A DNA stretch of 64,000 bases from Thalassospira sp. GTDB lineage: Bacteria > Pseudomonadota > Alphaproteobacteria > Rhodospirillales > Thalassospiraceae. Location: positions 172,034 to 236,033 of the forward strand of contig NZ_JBLLNT010000005.1 in the NCBI RefSeq assembly GCF_048059015.1. Reading direction: 5' to 3'. The position numbers were made by a program, and so were the translations under genes. The notes under the pieces were generated by a model, which worked only from the letters and a program-made list of their open reading frames with translations, was not told the origin of the DNA and searched no databases. Shown piece after piece: positions 26,556 through 36,929 of this stretch (position 1 is the first letter of the stretch; each line of letters opens with the position of its first letter).

Positions 26556-29519
26556 ATGAACAAGCCACTGCTGGTCACAAAAATTCTTGCGCCCTTTGTG
26601 CTGGTCGCCCTGATCATCGGCATTGGTGGGTTGCATGTTCTATATAAGGAATTGATTGAAGAACGGCGTGCGTCACTTTTGCGGCTGGCGGCGACCAACG
26701 CCGAACTGATCAATGCAGTTGCCGAATATGATCAAACACACACGCTTGAAAAAGGTGATGGCGCCGCGTTTACGGCCACCTTGTCCCAGCTCCGCAATGC
26801 GTTTGGTACGCTTACAACTCTTGATGCGGCGGGTGAACTTCTGATCGTTCGCCGCAGTGGCGACAAAATTGACATTCTGATCCATCAGAATACCCGCCAT
26901 TTGGGCGAAGATCATCCAGCCCATCTTCACATTTCCGACGGCTACGCCCAACCGATGCTTGAAGCACTCGCCGGTCGCAGCGGAACCACTTGGACGAAGG
27001 ATTCCCATGACCGCGAAGTCCTGATTGCTTACGCACCTGCCCCGGCGATGGGGGTTGCAGTGATGATTGAAGTTCACCGTGATGAACTTCTTGCCCCGTT
27101 TATTTCCACTGCCGTGATGCTGGTGACAATCGGTATCGCGGCCATTGCGGTTGCCGCATCCTTTACTTATTCCCAAACGGTTCGGGTTGTTGAAAATGCC
27201 TTGTTTGACCGCAAGCAAAGCATTGAAGCACTTGAAAAGGCAGAAGAAGCGCAACGAACCCTTGAGCATGCCCTTAAATCGACGGGTGAAGGCTTTGCCT
27301 TGTTTGACGCGGAAGACCGGCTGGTTGCGTGCAATGATGTTTATCGCGACATCTACAAATCCCACAGCGATGCCATCAAACCCGGCAACCGGTTTGAGGA
27401 TATTCTGCGCACCGGCCTTTCGCGTGGTGCGTTTCCCGATGCGATTGGTGTGGAAGAAATCTGGTTGGCGGACCGACTGCGCGAACACAAAAAAACGCGC
27501 AGCAAGATTGAACAACAGGTCGGCGACCGCTGGCTCTTGATTTCGGAACATCGCACCGAAGATGGCGGCACGGTCGGTGTACGAACCGACATCACCGAAC
27601 TTAAGAACAAGGAACGTGAACTGCGTGAAAGTGAAAAGCGGTTCCGTGACTTTACCCTGACGGCATCAGACTGGGTCTGGGAAACCGACCCGGAACATCG
27701 GATCAAACGAACAAGCATTCGAACCGACGAAGTCCCAAGTTTTGATCTCAATAGCATACTTGGGAAACGCCGCAGTGAATTCGCAGCCGAGGAAACCGAC
27801 AATTTCAAATGGCGCAAGCACAATGAAACGCTCGAAGCTCGGCTGCCATTCCGGGATTTCCAATATCAAATCGCTCTCGATAAGGATCGGGTAAGAACCA
27901 TCTCGATTTCGGGGGTTCCGATCTATGACGACGATGGCCAATTCTGCGGCTATCGGGGCACCGGTCGTGACCTTACTGATATCATCGAAAGCCGCGAGCG
28001 TTTCCGTGTCGCGTTTGAAAGTGTCACGGTCGGTATTATCTTTGCCGATGAACGTGGCGTTATCGAAGGGTTCAATCCCGAAGCAGAGCGCATTTTTGGC
28101 TATCACGCCGATGAGGTCCTTGGCCGCAATGTCTCAACGCTTATGCCCAACCCGGATCGGGAACGCCATCATAGCTACATGAACAATTATCTTGGCGGCG
28201 GCCCAGCACAGATCATCGGCAAAGGGCGTGAGGTCAAAGGCCTCAACAAGGACGGCACCGTCTTTCCGATGAACCTTGGCATCGCGGAAATGAATGTTCA
28301 GGGGCGCCGGCACTTCATCGCTTCCATCACGGATTTGACGGTCGAACATGCGCTTGAACATCAACTACGCCGCTCCCAGAAAATGGAGGCGATTGGCCAG
28401 CTGACCGGTGGTGTTGCGCATGATTTCAATAACTTGCTGGGCATTATTGTCGGCAATCTTGATCTTGCACGTCGTCGCCTCGAAGGCGATTCTCCGGTTG
28501 CAAAGTTTGTCGGCAAGGCCATGACCGCGGCCGAACGTGGCGCGACTTTGACCAGACGTTTGTTGAACTTTTCCCGCCAAGCCCCAGAAGAAAACGCACC
28601 GATCATCATCAATCATGTTCTGCGCGATTTGCGCGATCTGATTGGCAAATCCATCACATCCAAAATCTCGTTCGAGCTGGTCCTTGAAGAAGCAATTCCG
28701 ACCGTTCAACTTAATCAAGGAGATTTCGAGGATGCGGTTATCAATCTTGCGCTCAATGCCCGTGATGCCATGCCCGATGGCGGTCAGTTGATCATTGAGA
28801 CCCGCGTCACCCATATCGACGATTTACCGCCCCCCGCCATTCAACGTGTCCCCAGCGGCGACTATGTCGAACTGATCATCAGTGACGATGGCGTTGGCAT
28901 GAATGCCGATTTGACCGATCAAATATTCCAGCCGTTCTTTACGACCAAGGATCAGGGCAAGGGAACGGGACTAGGTCTTGCCATGGTTTATGGCTTTGTG
29001 AAGCGATCAGGTGGCTATATTTCGGTTTATTCCGAACTGGGCCTTGGCACGACGTTCCGGATTTATTTGCCGATTGCGCCAACTGTTATGCAAACCGCCT
29101 CGAACAGCAGCTTTGATACCGCTGCCGAACCGAAATCGGGCGATGAAACCATTTTGATTGTCGATGACGAACAACAATTGGCCGAAGTCGCATCGTCTGT
29201 TTTGGAAGAATACGGCTACACAACCCTGGTCGCCCATAGCGGGATCGAAGGCCTGGAGGTTCTTAAAGACCATCCCGAAATCGATATGGTGTTTACCGAT
29301 ATTGTTATGCCCGGTGGCATGAACGGCATGGAGCTTGGCGATCAGGCCCGTGAATTGCGCCCCGAAATCGCAATTTTAACATGCTCGGGCTTTACTGCGG
29401 GCATCTTGCATGAACGCGGTGAAGATAAACCGATCTATCCCATGATCAGTAAGCCCTATAACAACCGGGAACTTGCCAATGCCATCCGAACAACACTTGA
29501 TCAGGCGGCTGAGTCCTGA
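26556..29519 (+). CDS. Membrane hybrid histidine kinase (PAS x3, HisKA, HATPase, REC)
   Basis: Two TM helices, PAS repeats, GGVAHDFNNLL, NLALNARDAM, GTGLGLAMVYG, receiver FTDIVMPG. Confidence 0.93.
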   Translation: MNKPLLVTKILAPFVLVALIIGIGGLHVLYKELIEERRASLLRLAATNAELINAVAEYDQTHTLEKGDGAAFTATLSQLRNAFGTLTTLDAAGELLIVRRSGDKIDILIHQNTRHLGEDHPAHLHISDGYAQPMLEALAGRSGTTWTKDSHDREVLIAYAPAPAMGVAVMIEVHRDELLAPFISTAVMLVTIGIAAIAVAASFTYSQTVRVVENALFDRKQSIEALEKAEEAQRTLEHALKSTGEGFALFDAEDRLVACNDVYRDIYKSHSDAIKPGNRFEDILRTGLSRGAFPDAIGVEEIWLADRLREHKKTRSKIEQQVGDRWLLISEHRTEDGGTVGVRTDITELKNKERELRESEKRFRDFTLTASDWVWETDPEHRIKRTSIRTDEVPSFDLNSILGKRRSEFAAEETDNFKWRKHNETLEARLPFRDFQYQIALDKDRVRTISISGVPIYDDDGQFCGYRGTGRDLTDIIESRERFRVAFESVTVGIIFADERGVIEGFNPEAERIFGYHADEVLGRNVSTLMPNPDRERHHSYMNNYLGGGPAQIIGKGREVKGLNKDGTVFPMNLGIAEMNVQGRRHFIASITDLTVEHALEHQLRRSQKMEAIGQLTGGVAHDFNNLLGIIVGNLDLARRRLEGDSPVAKFVGKAMTAAERGATLTRRLLNFSRQAPEENAPIIINHVLRDLRDLIGKSITSKISFELVLEEAIPTVQLNQGDFEDAVINLALNARDAMPDGGQLIIETRVTHIDDLPPPAIQRVPSGDYVELIISDDGVGMNADLTDQIFQPFFTTKDQGKGTGLGLAMVYGFVKRSGGYISVYSELGLGTTFRIYLPIAPTVMQTASNSSFDTAAEPKSGDETILIVDDEQQLAEVASSVLEEYGYTTLVAHSGIEGLEVLKDHPEIDMVFTDIVMPGGMNGMELGDQARELRPEIAILTCSGFTAGILHERGEDKPIYPMISKPYNNRELANAIRTTLDQAAES

Positions 29520-30109
29520 AGATCAAGATGCATTGTCGTTGAGGATTGGAATCCGAACAGGTGCTTGAATGGGCCAATGTCATTGGTTTCAATCGCGCGA
29601 AAACCGCATCGCTCATAAAGCGCGCGGGCACGCGGATTGATATCAATGACATCCAGCCGAACTTTTGACAGCCCGCGTTGATGTGCCGTGTGCGCCACCG
29701 CGTCCAAAAGTGCGGTACCAACACCCTGCCCGCGTGCCTTGGGATCGACAAAGATGCCATCCATCAAAAGAATGTCATTGGTCAGTTCACGATCAAGCAT
29801 CGCCAATAAAAGACCGCGCCAAAACCCACCCCATGATCCATAGATCGCGCGCAAGTCATCAAGGTCACCGCCAACAAAGGCACCCTGTTTGGTCTTGAAC
29901 CCGGCAACGCCCAGCAAACTGCCATCATCGGCAATCGCACTGATCGCGTGATCAGGGCCGATGGCACTTTTAACAAACGCCAATGCCTTGTCTTCGGGTT
30001 TCAAAAGGATGGTCAGTTTCTGACGAAAGGCTTCCCAGAACAGGTCGCAGGCCTGATCAATATGACCCGCCGCCAATCCCGGGCGAATGGTAAATCCCTG
30101 ATGGTTCAT
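29501..30109 (-). CDS. GNAT acetyltransferase
   Basis: DGIFVDPKARGQGVGTALL, RALYERCGF; 19-bp tail overlap with the kinase. Confidence 0.88.
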   Translation of the reverse strand: MNHQGFTIRPGLAAGHIDQACDLFWEAFRQKLTILLKPEDKALAFVKSAIGPDHAISAIADDGSLLGVAGFKTKQGAFVGGDLDDLRAIYGSWGGFWRGLLLAMLDRELTNDILLMDGIFVDPKARGQGVGTALLDAVAHTAHQRGLSKVRLDVIDINPRARALYERCGFRAIETNDIGPFKHLFGFQSSTTMHLDLQDSAA

Positions 30110-30198
30110 ATCTGTATTCCGCTTTAAGATCCCAGATTACAGATAGAGAAAACATCAAAAATCACAAGCAATAGATGTGATTTAATTCACCAAGGCGA

Positions 30199-31329
30199 TT
30201 AGCCAGAACTGGCCCGTGGGCGGATGATCTTGCCGCTTTTGCGCTGCTCAAACAGATGCGCGATCCAACCGGTCATGCGCCCCACGGCAAAAATGCCAAG
30301 CCCCGCCCCCTTTGGTAGACCAAGTTCGCGTTCCACCAACGCCAACCCGAAATCAAGGCTGGGATGAAGCCCGGTTTGCTCTGTGACTTTCTTGGCAACG
30401 CTTGACCAAAACGCTTCACCGGTTTGACCACACGCCGCCATCAATGCCCGCGTTCTGGGATCCCCATCAGGGTAAAGTGGATGACCAAAGCCGGGCGGAA
30501 CCAGATCAGAATCAAAGTCACCCCCTGCCTTTTCCACCTCGTCCATCCACACCCGGCATTTGGGCGTCAATCCGCCATGGCGCGTGCCGGAAAGTGTCGA
30601 AAGACCGGCCATCAAGGATGCCGGGATCGTCGCCCCGGCCGATGCCGCGACACGCACTGCATAGGCCGATGCATTCAATTCGTGATCGGCACACAGTACC
30701 AGTGCACGCCGCAAGATATCGGGTGCGTTTTCATGGCTGGACCAAGCATTGGCGAGCAATAGATGCATGGGACTTTCCCCGTCATCACAAAGGCCAGCCG
30801 CCGCCAGCGCACCCAGCCGCACAATCTTGGCGGCAAACGGACGACCATCCCCGCGCACAGAACCGGTCACAAGGTCTGCCATCATCATTACCATGCGTTC
30901 GAATGGCATGGCATGATCGGTCGGAATGAAATCGATCGCTGCGTTCAACGCCGGATCACATCGCAACCCGGCCAAGTGCCCCGCCACATCTTCGAGTGTC
31001 ATCGTCGCGGCAAGATCGACCGCATTTTGACCGCGATAGTAAAACTGCCCGTCTGCAATCCGGGTGAGGTTCGACACCAGGATCGGCTCGCCCCAATCAA
31101 TGGTCGATGCCGCCACTGACTGGCGGGAGCGCCCGCGCTGTTTGCGATCATGCAGCTTGGCGACATCGCGCCGATCATACAGGCTTTTGCGCGCATCGCT
31201 TGGATGGGCAATAGCGCGCACAATGCCGCGGCTGACATAGGCATATAACGTGTCGCGCGATATGCCGACCTGCGTGCAAACGTCCGCCGCCGACAAAGTA
31301 CAAAATGATCCGTCATCGATTTTTTTCAT
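30199..31329 (-). CDS. HTH-citrate synthase family fusion protein
   Basis: N-terminal HTH (LSAADVCTQVGISRDTLYAYVSRG); ADHELNAS, GTRHGG, GFGHPLY, SLDF. Confidence 0.85.
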   Translation of the reverse strand: MKKIDDGSFCTLSAADVCTQVGISRDTLYAYVSRGIVRAIAHPSDARKSLYDRRDVAKLHDRKQRGRSRQSVAASTIDWGEPILVSNLTRIADGQFYYRGQNAVDLAATMTLEDVAGHLAGLRCDPALNAAIDFIPTDHAMPFERMVMMMADLVTGSVRGDGRPFAAKIVRLGALAAAGLCDDGESPMHLLLANAWSSHENAPDILRRALVLCADHELNASAYAVRVAASAGATIPASLMAGLSTLSGTRHGGLTPKCRVWMDEVEKAGGDFDSDLVPPGFGHPLYPDGDPRTRALMAACGQTGEAFWSSVAKKVTEQTGLHPSLDFGLALVERELGLPKGAGLGIFAVGRMTGWIAHLFEQRKSGKIIRPRASSG

Positions 31330-31330
31330 A

Positions 31331-31354
31331 TTGATTATCTTGATCAAGATTGAC
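31331..31354. promoter_or_regulatory. Palindromic operator candidate between divergent genes
   Basis: Perfect 14-bp palindrome ATCTTGATCAAGAT (31337-31350) within three TTGAT/TTGAC units. Confidence 0.5.
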
Positions 31355-31421
31355 CATTTGTCCAGTCCCGCATGATGCTTTGGGCCTTAGTCGCTCCGCC
31401 CCATGAATAGGAAACGTCATC

Positions 31422-32777
31422 ATGCAAAACCGCTTTATCCCTCAGATCGCCACCGCCCTTGGTTTGTCAGAAGCACCTGACATTCAGGTGATCGGAGCTG
31501 AGAGCCTTCCGTCCTATTTTGCCGTATCCGAACTTGCATCCGCCTCAATCGAAATGGCGGCATCCATGATTGCCAAATGGCGCCCGCTTGAGACTGGTAC
31601 TGGCGGACAGATCAACATTGATCAAAGACTGGCATCGAAATGGTTTGATATGACCATTCGCCCACAAGGCTGGGACCTGCCCAGCATTTGGGATCCATTG
31701 GCCGGTGATTATCAAACCCGCGATGGCTGGATCCGTTTGCATACCAACGCCCCGCATCACCGTAAAGCCGCTCTGTCCGTCCTCGGCGACTACGAAACAC
31801 GTGATGACCTTGCCATGGCCGTGCGGGACTGTAACGCGGATGACCTGGAAAGCTCGATTGTCAGCGCCAACGGATGTGCAGCTGCCATGCGCAGCATCAC
31901 GGACTGGCAAAATCATCCGCAAGGCAAAAGCATCGCGGCAGAACCATTGATTGCTTGGCAGCGGCACGCAAAGACATCCGTCACGCCAAAGCAGATTGAT
32001 CCGACAAGACCGCTGCGCGGCATTCGCGTCCTTGACCTGACGCGCGTGTTGGCTGGTCCCGTTGCCGGACGGTTTTTGGCGGCTTATGGCGCGGATGTGT
32101 TGCGCATTGACCCGCCGGGTTGGGATGAAGGTGCGGTTATTCCCGAAGTCACGCTTGGCAAACGCTGTGCTGGATTGGATTTGCGGGCAACAGAAGACCG
32201 GAAAGTGTTTGAGGATCTGGTCGCCAGTACCGATATCCTTTTGCATGGCTATCGCCCCGATGCCCTGCCCGATCTCGGGTATGATGCCAAAACGCTCCGC
32301 GCGATCAACCCCGCCCCGATTGATGTGACACTGTCGGCATATGGCTGGACCGGTCCATGGGCAAAACGGCGCGGCTTTGACAGTCTTGTTCAGATGAGCT
32401 GCGGGATTGCCGATTGGGGGATGCAGCATGCAAAGGCGAGCAACCCCGTGCCGTTACCAGTTCAAGCACTGGATCACGCAACGGGATACCTGATGGCGGC
32501 CAGTGCCGTGCGTGCTTTGATCCTGCGCCAGACCATTGGCGAAGTCACCAGCGCGCGCCATTCATTGGCCAGAACCGCACATATGCTCTGCCAGACCGCA
32601 ACACCGGATCTGGTTGGCGAGATCGCGGCAGAGCATCTTGCAGACATCGATCCACATATCGAGGAAACAAGCTGGGGCCCTGCGCGTCGCATCGCCTTCC
32701 CGGTCGCGATTGAAGGCGTTTCGCATCATTGGGATCACCCGGCCGGGACGCTTCATCGGCATGATCCGTGCTGGTGA
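31422..32777 (+). CDS. CaiB/BaiF family III CoA-transferase
   Basis: LRGIRVLDLTRVLAGP, LLHGYRPDAL, RRGFDSLVQ. Confidence 0.9.
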   Translation: MQNRFIPQIATALGLSEAPDIQVIGAESLPSYFAVSELASASIEMAASMIAKWRPLETGTGGQINIDQRLASKWFDMTIRPQGWDLPSIWDPLAGDYQTRDGWIRLHTNAPHHRKAALSVLGDYETRDDLAMAVRDCNADDLESSIVSANGCAAAMRSITDWQNHPQGKSIAAEPLIAWQRHAKTSVTPKQIDPTRPLRGIRVLDLTRVLAGPVAGRFLAAYGADVLRIDPPGWDEGAVIPEVTLGKRCAGLDLRATEDRKVFEDLVASTDILLHGYRPDALPDLGYDAKTLRAINPAPIDVTLSAYGWTGPWAKRRGFDSLVQMSCGIADWGMQHAKASNPVPLPVQALDHATGYLMAASAVRALILRQTIGEVTSARHSLARTAHMLCQTATPDLVGEIAAEHLADIDPHIEETSWGPARRIAFPVAIEGVSHHWDHPAGTLHRHDPCW

Positions 32778-32846
32778 GGTGTGATCCCGATCAAGTACAA
32801 GAATTGTTACAAAACTTGACGGGAGCGATTTGTCTGCGCATAGTCC

Positions 32847-32946
32847 CGTCATCTCCGGGGGGGCCAATCGTGAATTGGCTGAGAGGTTCGGTGTTGCCGA
32901 ACGACCCTTTGAACCTGAACCGGTTAAGACCGGCGTAGGAAGGATC
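32847..32946 (+). ncRNA. TPP riboswitch
   Basis: GGGG..., GCTGAGAGG, ACCCTTTGAACCTGA, CCGG-TTAAGA-CCGGCGTAGGAAG directly upstream of the ABC operon; ends approximate. Confidence 0.93.
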
Positions 32947-32948
32947 GA

Positions 32949-33731
32949 ATGCGCGACACAGAACACGCGTCCCAGCTGGGGCAAAATCCAACCCGATTTG
33001 ATATTTATCTGCGCTCTGCCCGCGTGGCATTTGGTGGTGCGGATATTTTCCATGACCTTGACCTGACACTGCGCGCAGGAAGTTTCACCTGCTTGCTGGG
33101 GCCAAGTGGTGTCGGCAAAAGCACACTTTTGCGCTATCTCGCCGGTCTGGTGGAAGGCGATGTCAGCGGCAATATCACCTGTTCGGATGACAACCCCCTT
33201 GACGGCCGGATCGCTTACATGGCGCAGCAGGATTTGCTACTGCCCTGGCGGAGTGTTCGGGAAAATGTCGAACTTGGTGCTGCCCTTCGTGGCGAACGTC
33301 CAGATCATGAGAAATCGGAACGCCTGATCGCCGAAGTCGGTCTGACCGATGCTGCGCATTTGCGCCCGGCTGAACTATCAGGCGGCATGAAGCAACGCGC
33401 AGCCCTTGCCCGCACATTGATGGAAGACCGCCCGGTCGTCTTGATGGATGAACCGTTTTCGGCCCTTGATCCGGTCAATCGGCTGCGGCTTCAGGAACTC
33501 GCAGCAAAAGTCCTGCGCGGCAAGACCGTGTTGCTGGTGACCCATGATCCGCTCGAAGCACTTCGTCTGGGTGATCATGTCTATGTGCTTTCAGGCGCAC
33601 CGGCAAACCTTCGTGATGCGGTAACGCCCATGGGGCCAAGCCCGCGCAATATTACCGATCCGGAAATCCTCGCCCAGCAGGCAGAACTGCTTCGCCAATT
33701 GGGCGCGGACATGTCGGAGGGTGCGCTATGA
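32949..33731 (+). CDS. ABC ATPase of a thiamine-precursor (HMP) transporter, ThiZ-like
   Basis: GPSGVGKST, LSGGM, LMDEPF; follows the TPP riboswitch. Confidence 0.88.
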   Translation: MRDTEHASQLGQNPTRFDIYLRSARVAFGGADIFHDLDLTLRAGSFTCLLGPSGVGKSTLLRYLAGLVEGDVSGNITCSDDNPLDGRIAYMAQQDLLLPWRSVRENVELGAALRGERPDHEKSERLIAEVGLTDAAHLRPAELSGGMKQRAALARTLMEDRPVVLMDEPFSALDPVNRLRLQELAAKVLRGKTVLLVTHDPLEALRLGDHVYVLSGAPANLRDAVTPMGPSPRNITDPEILAQQAELLRQLGADMSEGAL

Positions 33732-34540
33732 GCCAGCCGACCCTAAACCCAGCGAAACGCAAACCGCTTTCCGAACGGCGCTGGCTGAAACTTGCCCGGC
33801 CACTGATCATCGTCGCGGCGCTGATCATCACATGGCAATTGCTGGTCATGATCACCGGTGCGCCGAAATATATGCTGCCAACACCGGCCGATGTCTGGAA
33901 AACCTTGATCGCGCGCCACGCGGTGTTGCTTGATCATGCGCAATATACGATTGCGGAAACCGTAATCGGGCTTTTTGCCGGTGCAGCCCTTGGCACGCTT
34001 GCCGCGATCCCGATGGCGCTCTTTACCCCGGTTCGCTTCTGGTTGATGCCGATCCTTTTGGTGTCGCAAGCCATTCCGTTCTTTGCCTTGGCCCCGCTTT
34101 TGGTGTTGTGGCTGGGCTTTGGTCTGGCATCCAAAATCGCCATGGCGGCATTGATCATTTTCTTCCCGGTAACCGTGGCCTTCTTTGACGGGTTGGCACG
34201 GACCGAAACCGGCTGGCTTGATCTGGCGCGTACCATGGGGGCAAGCCGTTGGCGGCTTTTGACCCATATTCGTTTGCCGGCGGCCCTTCCGGCCTTTGCA
34301 TCGGGTTTTCGTGTTGCCACCGCTGTGGCCCCGATCGGGGCGGTGATTGGTGAATGGGTCGGGTCAAGTCACGGGCTTGGCTATTTGATGCTGCATGCCA
34401 ATGCGCGCGTTCAGATTGACATGGTTTTTGCCTGCCTTCTGATCCTGTGTGCGTTTTCGATCACGCAATATTTCATTGTCGACCGGGTACTACGCGCGGC
34501 CCTGCCCTGGCAACCAGATAGCCTGAAACCGGTATCGTAA
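33728..34540 (+). CDS. ABC permease, ThiX-like
   Basis: SsuC-type permease, IGAVIGEWVGSSHGLG. Confidence 0.88.
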   Translation: MSQPTLNPAKRKPLSERRWLKLARPLIIVAALIITWQLLVMITGAPKYMLPTPADVWKTLIARHAVLLDHAQYTIAETVIGLFAGAALGTLAAIPMALFTPVRFWLMPILLVSQAIPFFALAPLLVLWLGFGLASKIAMAALIIFFPVTVAFFDGLARTETGWLDLARTMGASRWRLLTHIRLPAALPAFASGFRVATAVAPIGAVIGEWVGSSHGLGYLMLHANARVQIDMVFACLLILCAFSITQYFIVDRVLRAALPWQPDSLKPVS

Positions 34541-34620
34541 TACAAATTGCTGCAGCCCGATTGGCTGCGCCCGCAATCCTCATACTTATAAAATTGGCGC
34601 TTAAATACGGAGGTTCTTCC

Positions 34621-35574
34621 ATGTCACGCCTTAAATCCATGATCACAGCAGCCACACTTGGTGCTGCGGTTCTTGGCACTTCCACTTCGGCCTTTGCCGC
34701 AGACAAACTGGTTATTCTTCTGGACTGGTTTGTAAACCCCGACCACGCGCCGCTGATCGTTGCCAAGGAAAAGGGCTTCTTTGCCAAGCATGATCTTGAT
34801 GTCGAGCTGATCGAACCGTCTGATCCGTCCGCACCGCCGCGTCTTGTCGCTGCGGGTCAGGGTGACGTTGCCGTAAACTATCAGCCGCAGCTTCACGTTC
34901 AGGCAGCAGAAGGCCTTCCGCTGACGCGTATTGGCACCCTGGTTGCCACCCCGCTTAACAGCCTGATTGTCCTTAAAGACGGTCCGATCAAGGAGATCGC
35001 TGATCTTAAGGGCAAAAAAATCGGCTATTCGCTGGCTGGTTTCGAAGATGCGCTTCTGGGCACGATGCTGGGCAATCACGGTGTGTCGATGGATGATGTC
35101 GAGCTGATCAATGTGAACTTCTCGCTCTCGCCGTCGCTTTATTCCGGTCAGGTCGATGCGATCATCGGCGGTTACCGTAACTTCGAGCTCAACCAGATGG
35201 AAATCGAAGGTAAACCGGGTAAGGCATTTTATGTCGAGGAAGAAGGCGTTCCGCCTTATGACGAGCTGATCATGACGGTCCGCAATGACAAAACCGACGA
35301 TCCGCGCTTTGCGCGCATGCTTCTTGCCCTTGAAGAAGGTGTTCAGTACCTGATCAACCATCCCGATGACAGCTGGCAGGCCTTTATCGGTGCGTATCCG
35401 AACCTTGATGATGAACTGAACATCAAGGCATGGGCAGACACCCTGCCGCGCTTTGCCCTGCGTCCGGCGGCCCTTGATAAGGCACGCTACAATCGCTTTG
35501 CCGATTACATGGTCAAGCAGGGCCTGATTGAAGAAAGCCCGGCACTTGAGACCTATGCGACCGTGATTGAATAA
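34621..35574 (+). CDS. NMT1/THI5-like substrate-binding protein, ThiY-like
   Basis: Signal peptide, LDWFVNPDHAP, GGYRNFE; SD GGAGG. Confidence 0.9.
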   Translation: MSRLKSMITAATLGAAVLGTSTSAFAADKLVILLDWFVNPDHAPLIVAKEKGFFAKHDLDVELIEPSDPSAPPRLVAAGQGDVAVNYQPQLHVQAAEGLPLTRIGTLVATPLNSLIVLKDGPIKEIADLKGKKIGYSLAGFEDALLGTMLGNHGVSMDDVELINVNFSLSPSLYSGQVDAIIGGYRNFELNQMEIEGKPGKAFYVEEEGVPPYDELIMTVRNDKTDDPRFARMLLALEEGVQYLINHPDDSWQAFIGAYPNLDDELNIKAWADTLPRFALRPAALDKARYNRFADYMVKQGLIEESPALETYATVIE

Positions 35575-35767
35575 TTAACAGCCCCCCCCTGCTTCCGCAA
35601 CGCGTTCCCGGTGGATGCGGAAGTATGGTCTGTGTATCCGCATGCACAGACCACCCGGAAGGCCGGAACGTGCGCCCCTCGTTCCGGCCTTTCACTTGCG
35701 TATCTGCAACTGGCGCTTACCTTATGGTCACCCGCACATGAGTCAGTGATAATGTGTCGTTCCATTT

Positions 35768-36838
35768 TTGCGTCAGGACAACCACGTGCAGATCAAAGCT
35801 ACGCCCGCACATCACACCGAAACCGGATTTGAAAACCGTCATCCGTTGCCCGATCCGGTCAAGCGGTCGTTCTGGCGTTTTCTGCGCCGTCGTTTCTTTG
35901 GGCAGGATAACTGGCCAAAGGCAAAACATCAGATCGGCAAAATCCCGACCGAAACGCCCGATCATGACGCAATCCAGAACCCTGACCCAAAACGCTTGCA
36001 AGTTACATGGGTCGGCCATGCCACGGTTCTGGTGCAATATGGTGGGCTTAATATCCTGACCGATCCGGTCTTTTCCCAGCGCGTATCGCCGTTCAAACAT
36101 ATCGGCCCGAAACGTTATAGCCAGCCGGGCATTTCGATGGATCAATTGCCGAAACTTGATCTGGTGTTGCTGTCCCATAATCACTACGACCATTTCGATC
36201 TGGAAAGCCTTGCCGTCCTTGGCAATGTACCGCGCTATATCATCCCGCTTAAAAACGGATCGCTTTTGGAAAAGGCCGGGATCAGTGCCGATCGCTATGA
36301 AGAAATGGATTGGGATGACACCCTGATGCATGGGGATTTGTCGATTACCCATGTGCCATCCAACCATTGGTCCAGCCGCACCACCAAGGACCGCAAGGAA
36401 ATGCTTTGGGGTGGATACATCCTGGAATTTGGAGATGGCTATCGGTTCTATTTCGTTGGTGACACCGGCTGGAACGAGGCGCTGTTTACCGAGCTTGGTG
36501 CCAATCATGGCGGGATTGATTTTGGCCTGATCCCGATCGGGGCCTATGACCCGCGCGATTTTATGAAAAATTCGCACTGCAATCCCGAAGAAGCGGTTCA
36601 AATCATGCAGGTGATGGGTGTCAAACAGGCACTTGCCATTCACTGGGGCACGTTTGTCTTAACGGCCGAGCCGGTTGATGAACCGCCCGTGCGTTTGGCA
36701 GCAGCCCGCAAGGATGCCGGACTTGGCGAGGATGATTTCATCGCCCCACCCATCGGCGCAACCCGGTTCTTTGATCGTCAACTGACCGAGACACAGACAA
36801 CTTCGCAAAAGGTCGAGCCCACAGCGTCCCCGGCATAG
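35768..36838 (+). CDS. MBL-fold hydrolase (NAPE-PLD/RomA-like)
   Basis: TWVGHAT, TDPVFS, LSHNHYDHFD, GDTG, PIGAY, IHWGTF. Confidence 0.9.
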   Translation: MRQDNHVQIKATPAHHTETGFENRHPLPDPVKRSFWRFLRRRFFGQDNWPKAKHQIGKIPTETPDHDAIQNPDPKRLQVTWVGHATVLVQYGGLNILTDPVFSQRVSPFKHIGPKRYSQPGISMDQLPKLDLVLLSHNHYDHFDLESLAVLGNVPRYIIPLKNGSLLEKAGISADRYEEMDWDDTLMHGDLSITHVPSNHWSSRTTKDRKEMLWGGYILEFGDGYRFYFVGDTGWNEALFTELGANHGGIDFGLIPIGAYDPRDFMKNSHCNPEEAVQIMQVMGVKQALAIHWGTFVLTAEPVDEPPVRLAAARKDAGLGEDDFIAPPIGATRFFDRQLTETQTTSQKVEPTASPA

Positions 36839-36929
36839 CAGCCCCTATCAGAGCGGTTTGGTGAAATTGATCAGCCCGTGATAAGCATCAGTGATTGCGT
36901 CATAAAATCGTAACATTGGTTGCCCCGCC

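Noticed and set aside
26673-27551. Long antisense ORFs (also 4634-5293, 17441-18097, 31545-32429, 34624-35361, 42793-43614)
   Set aside because: They shadow well-supported genes on the opposite strand and have no recognisable motifs
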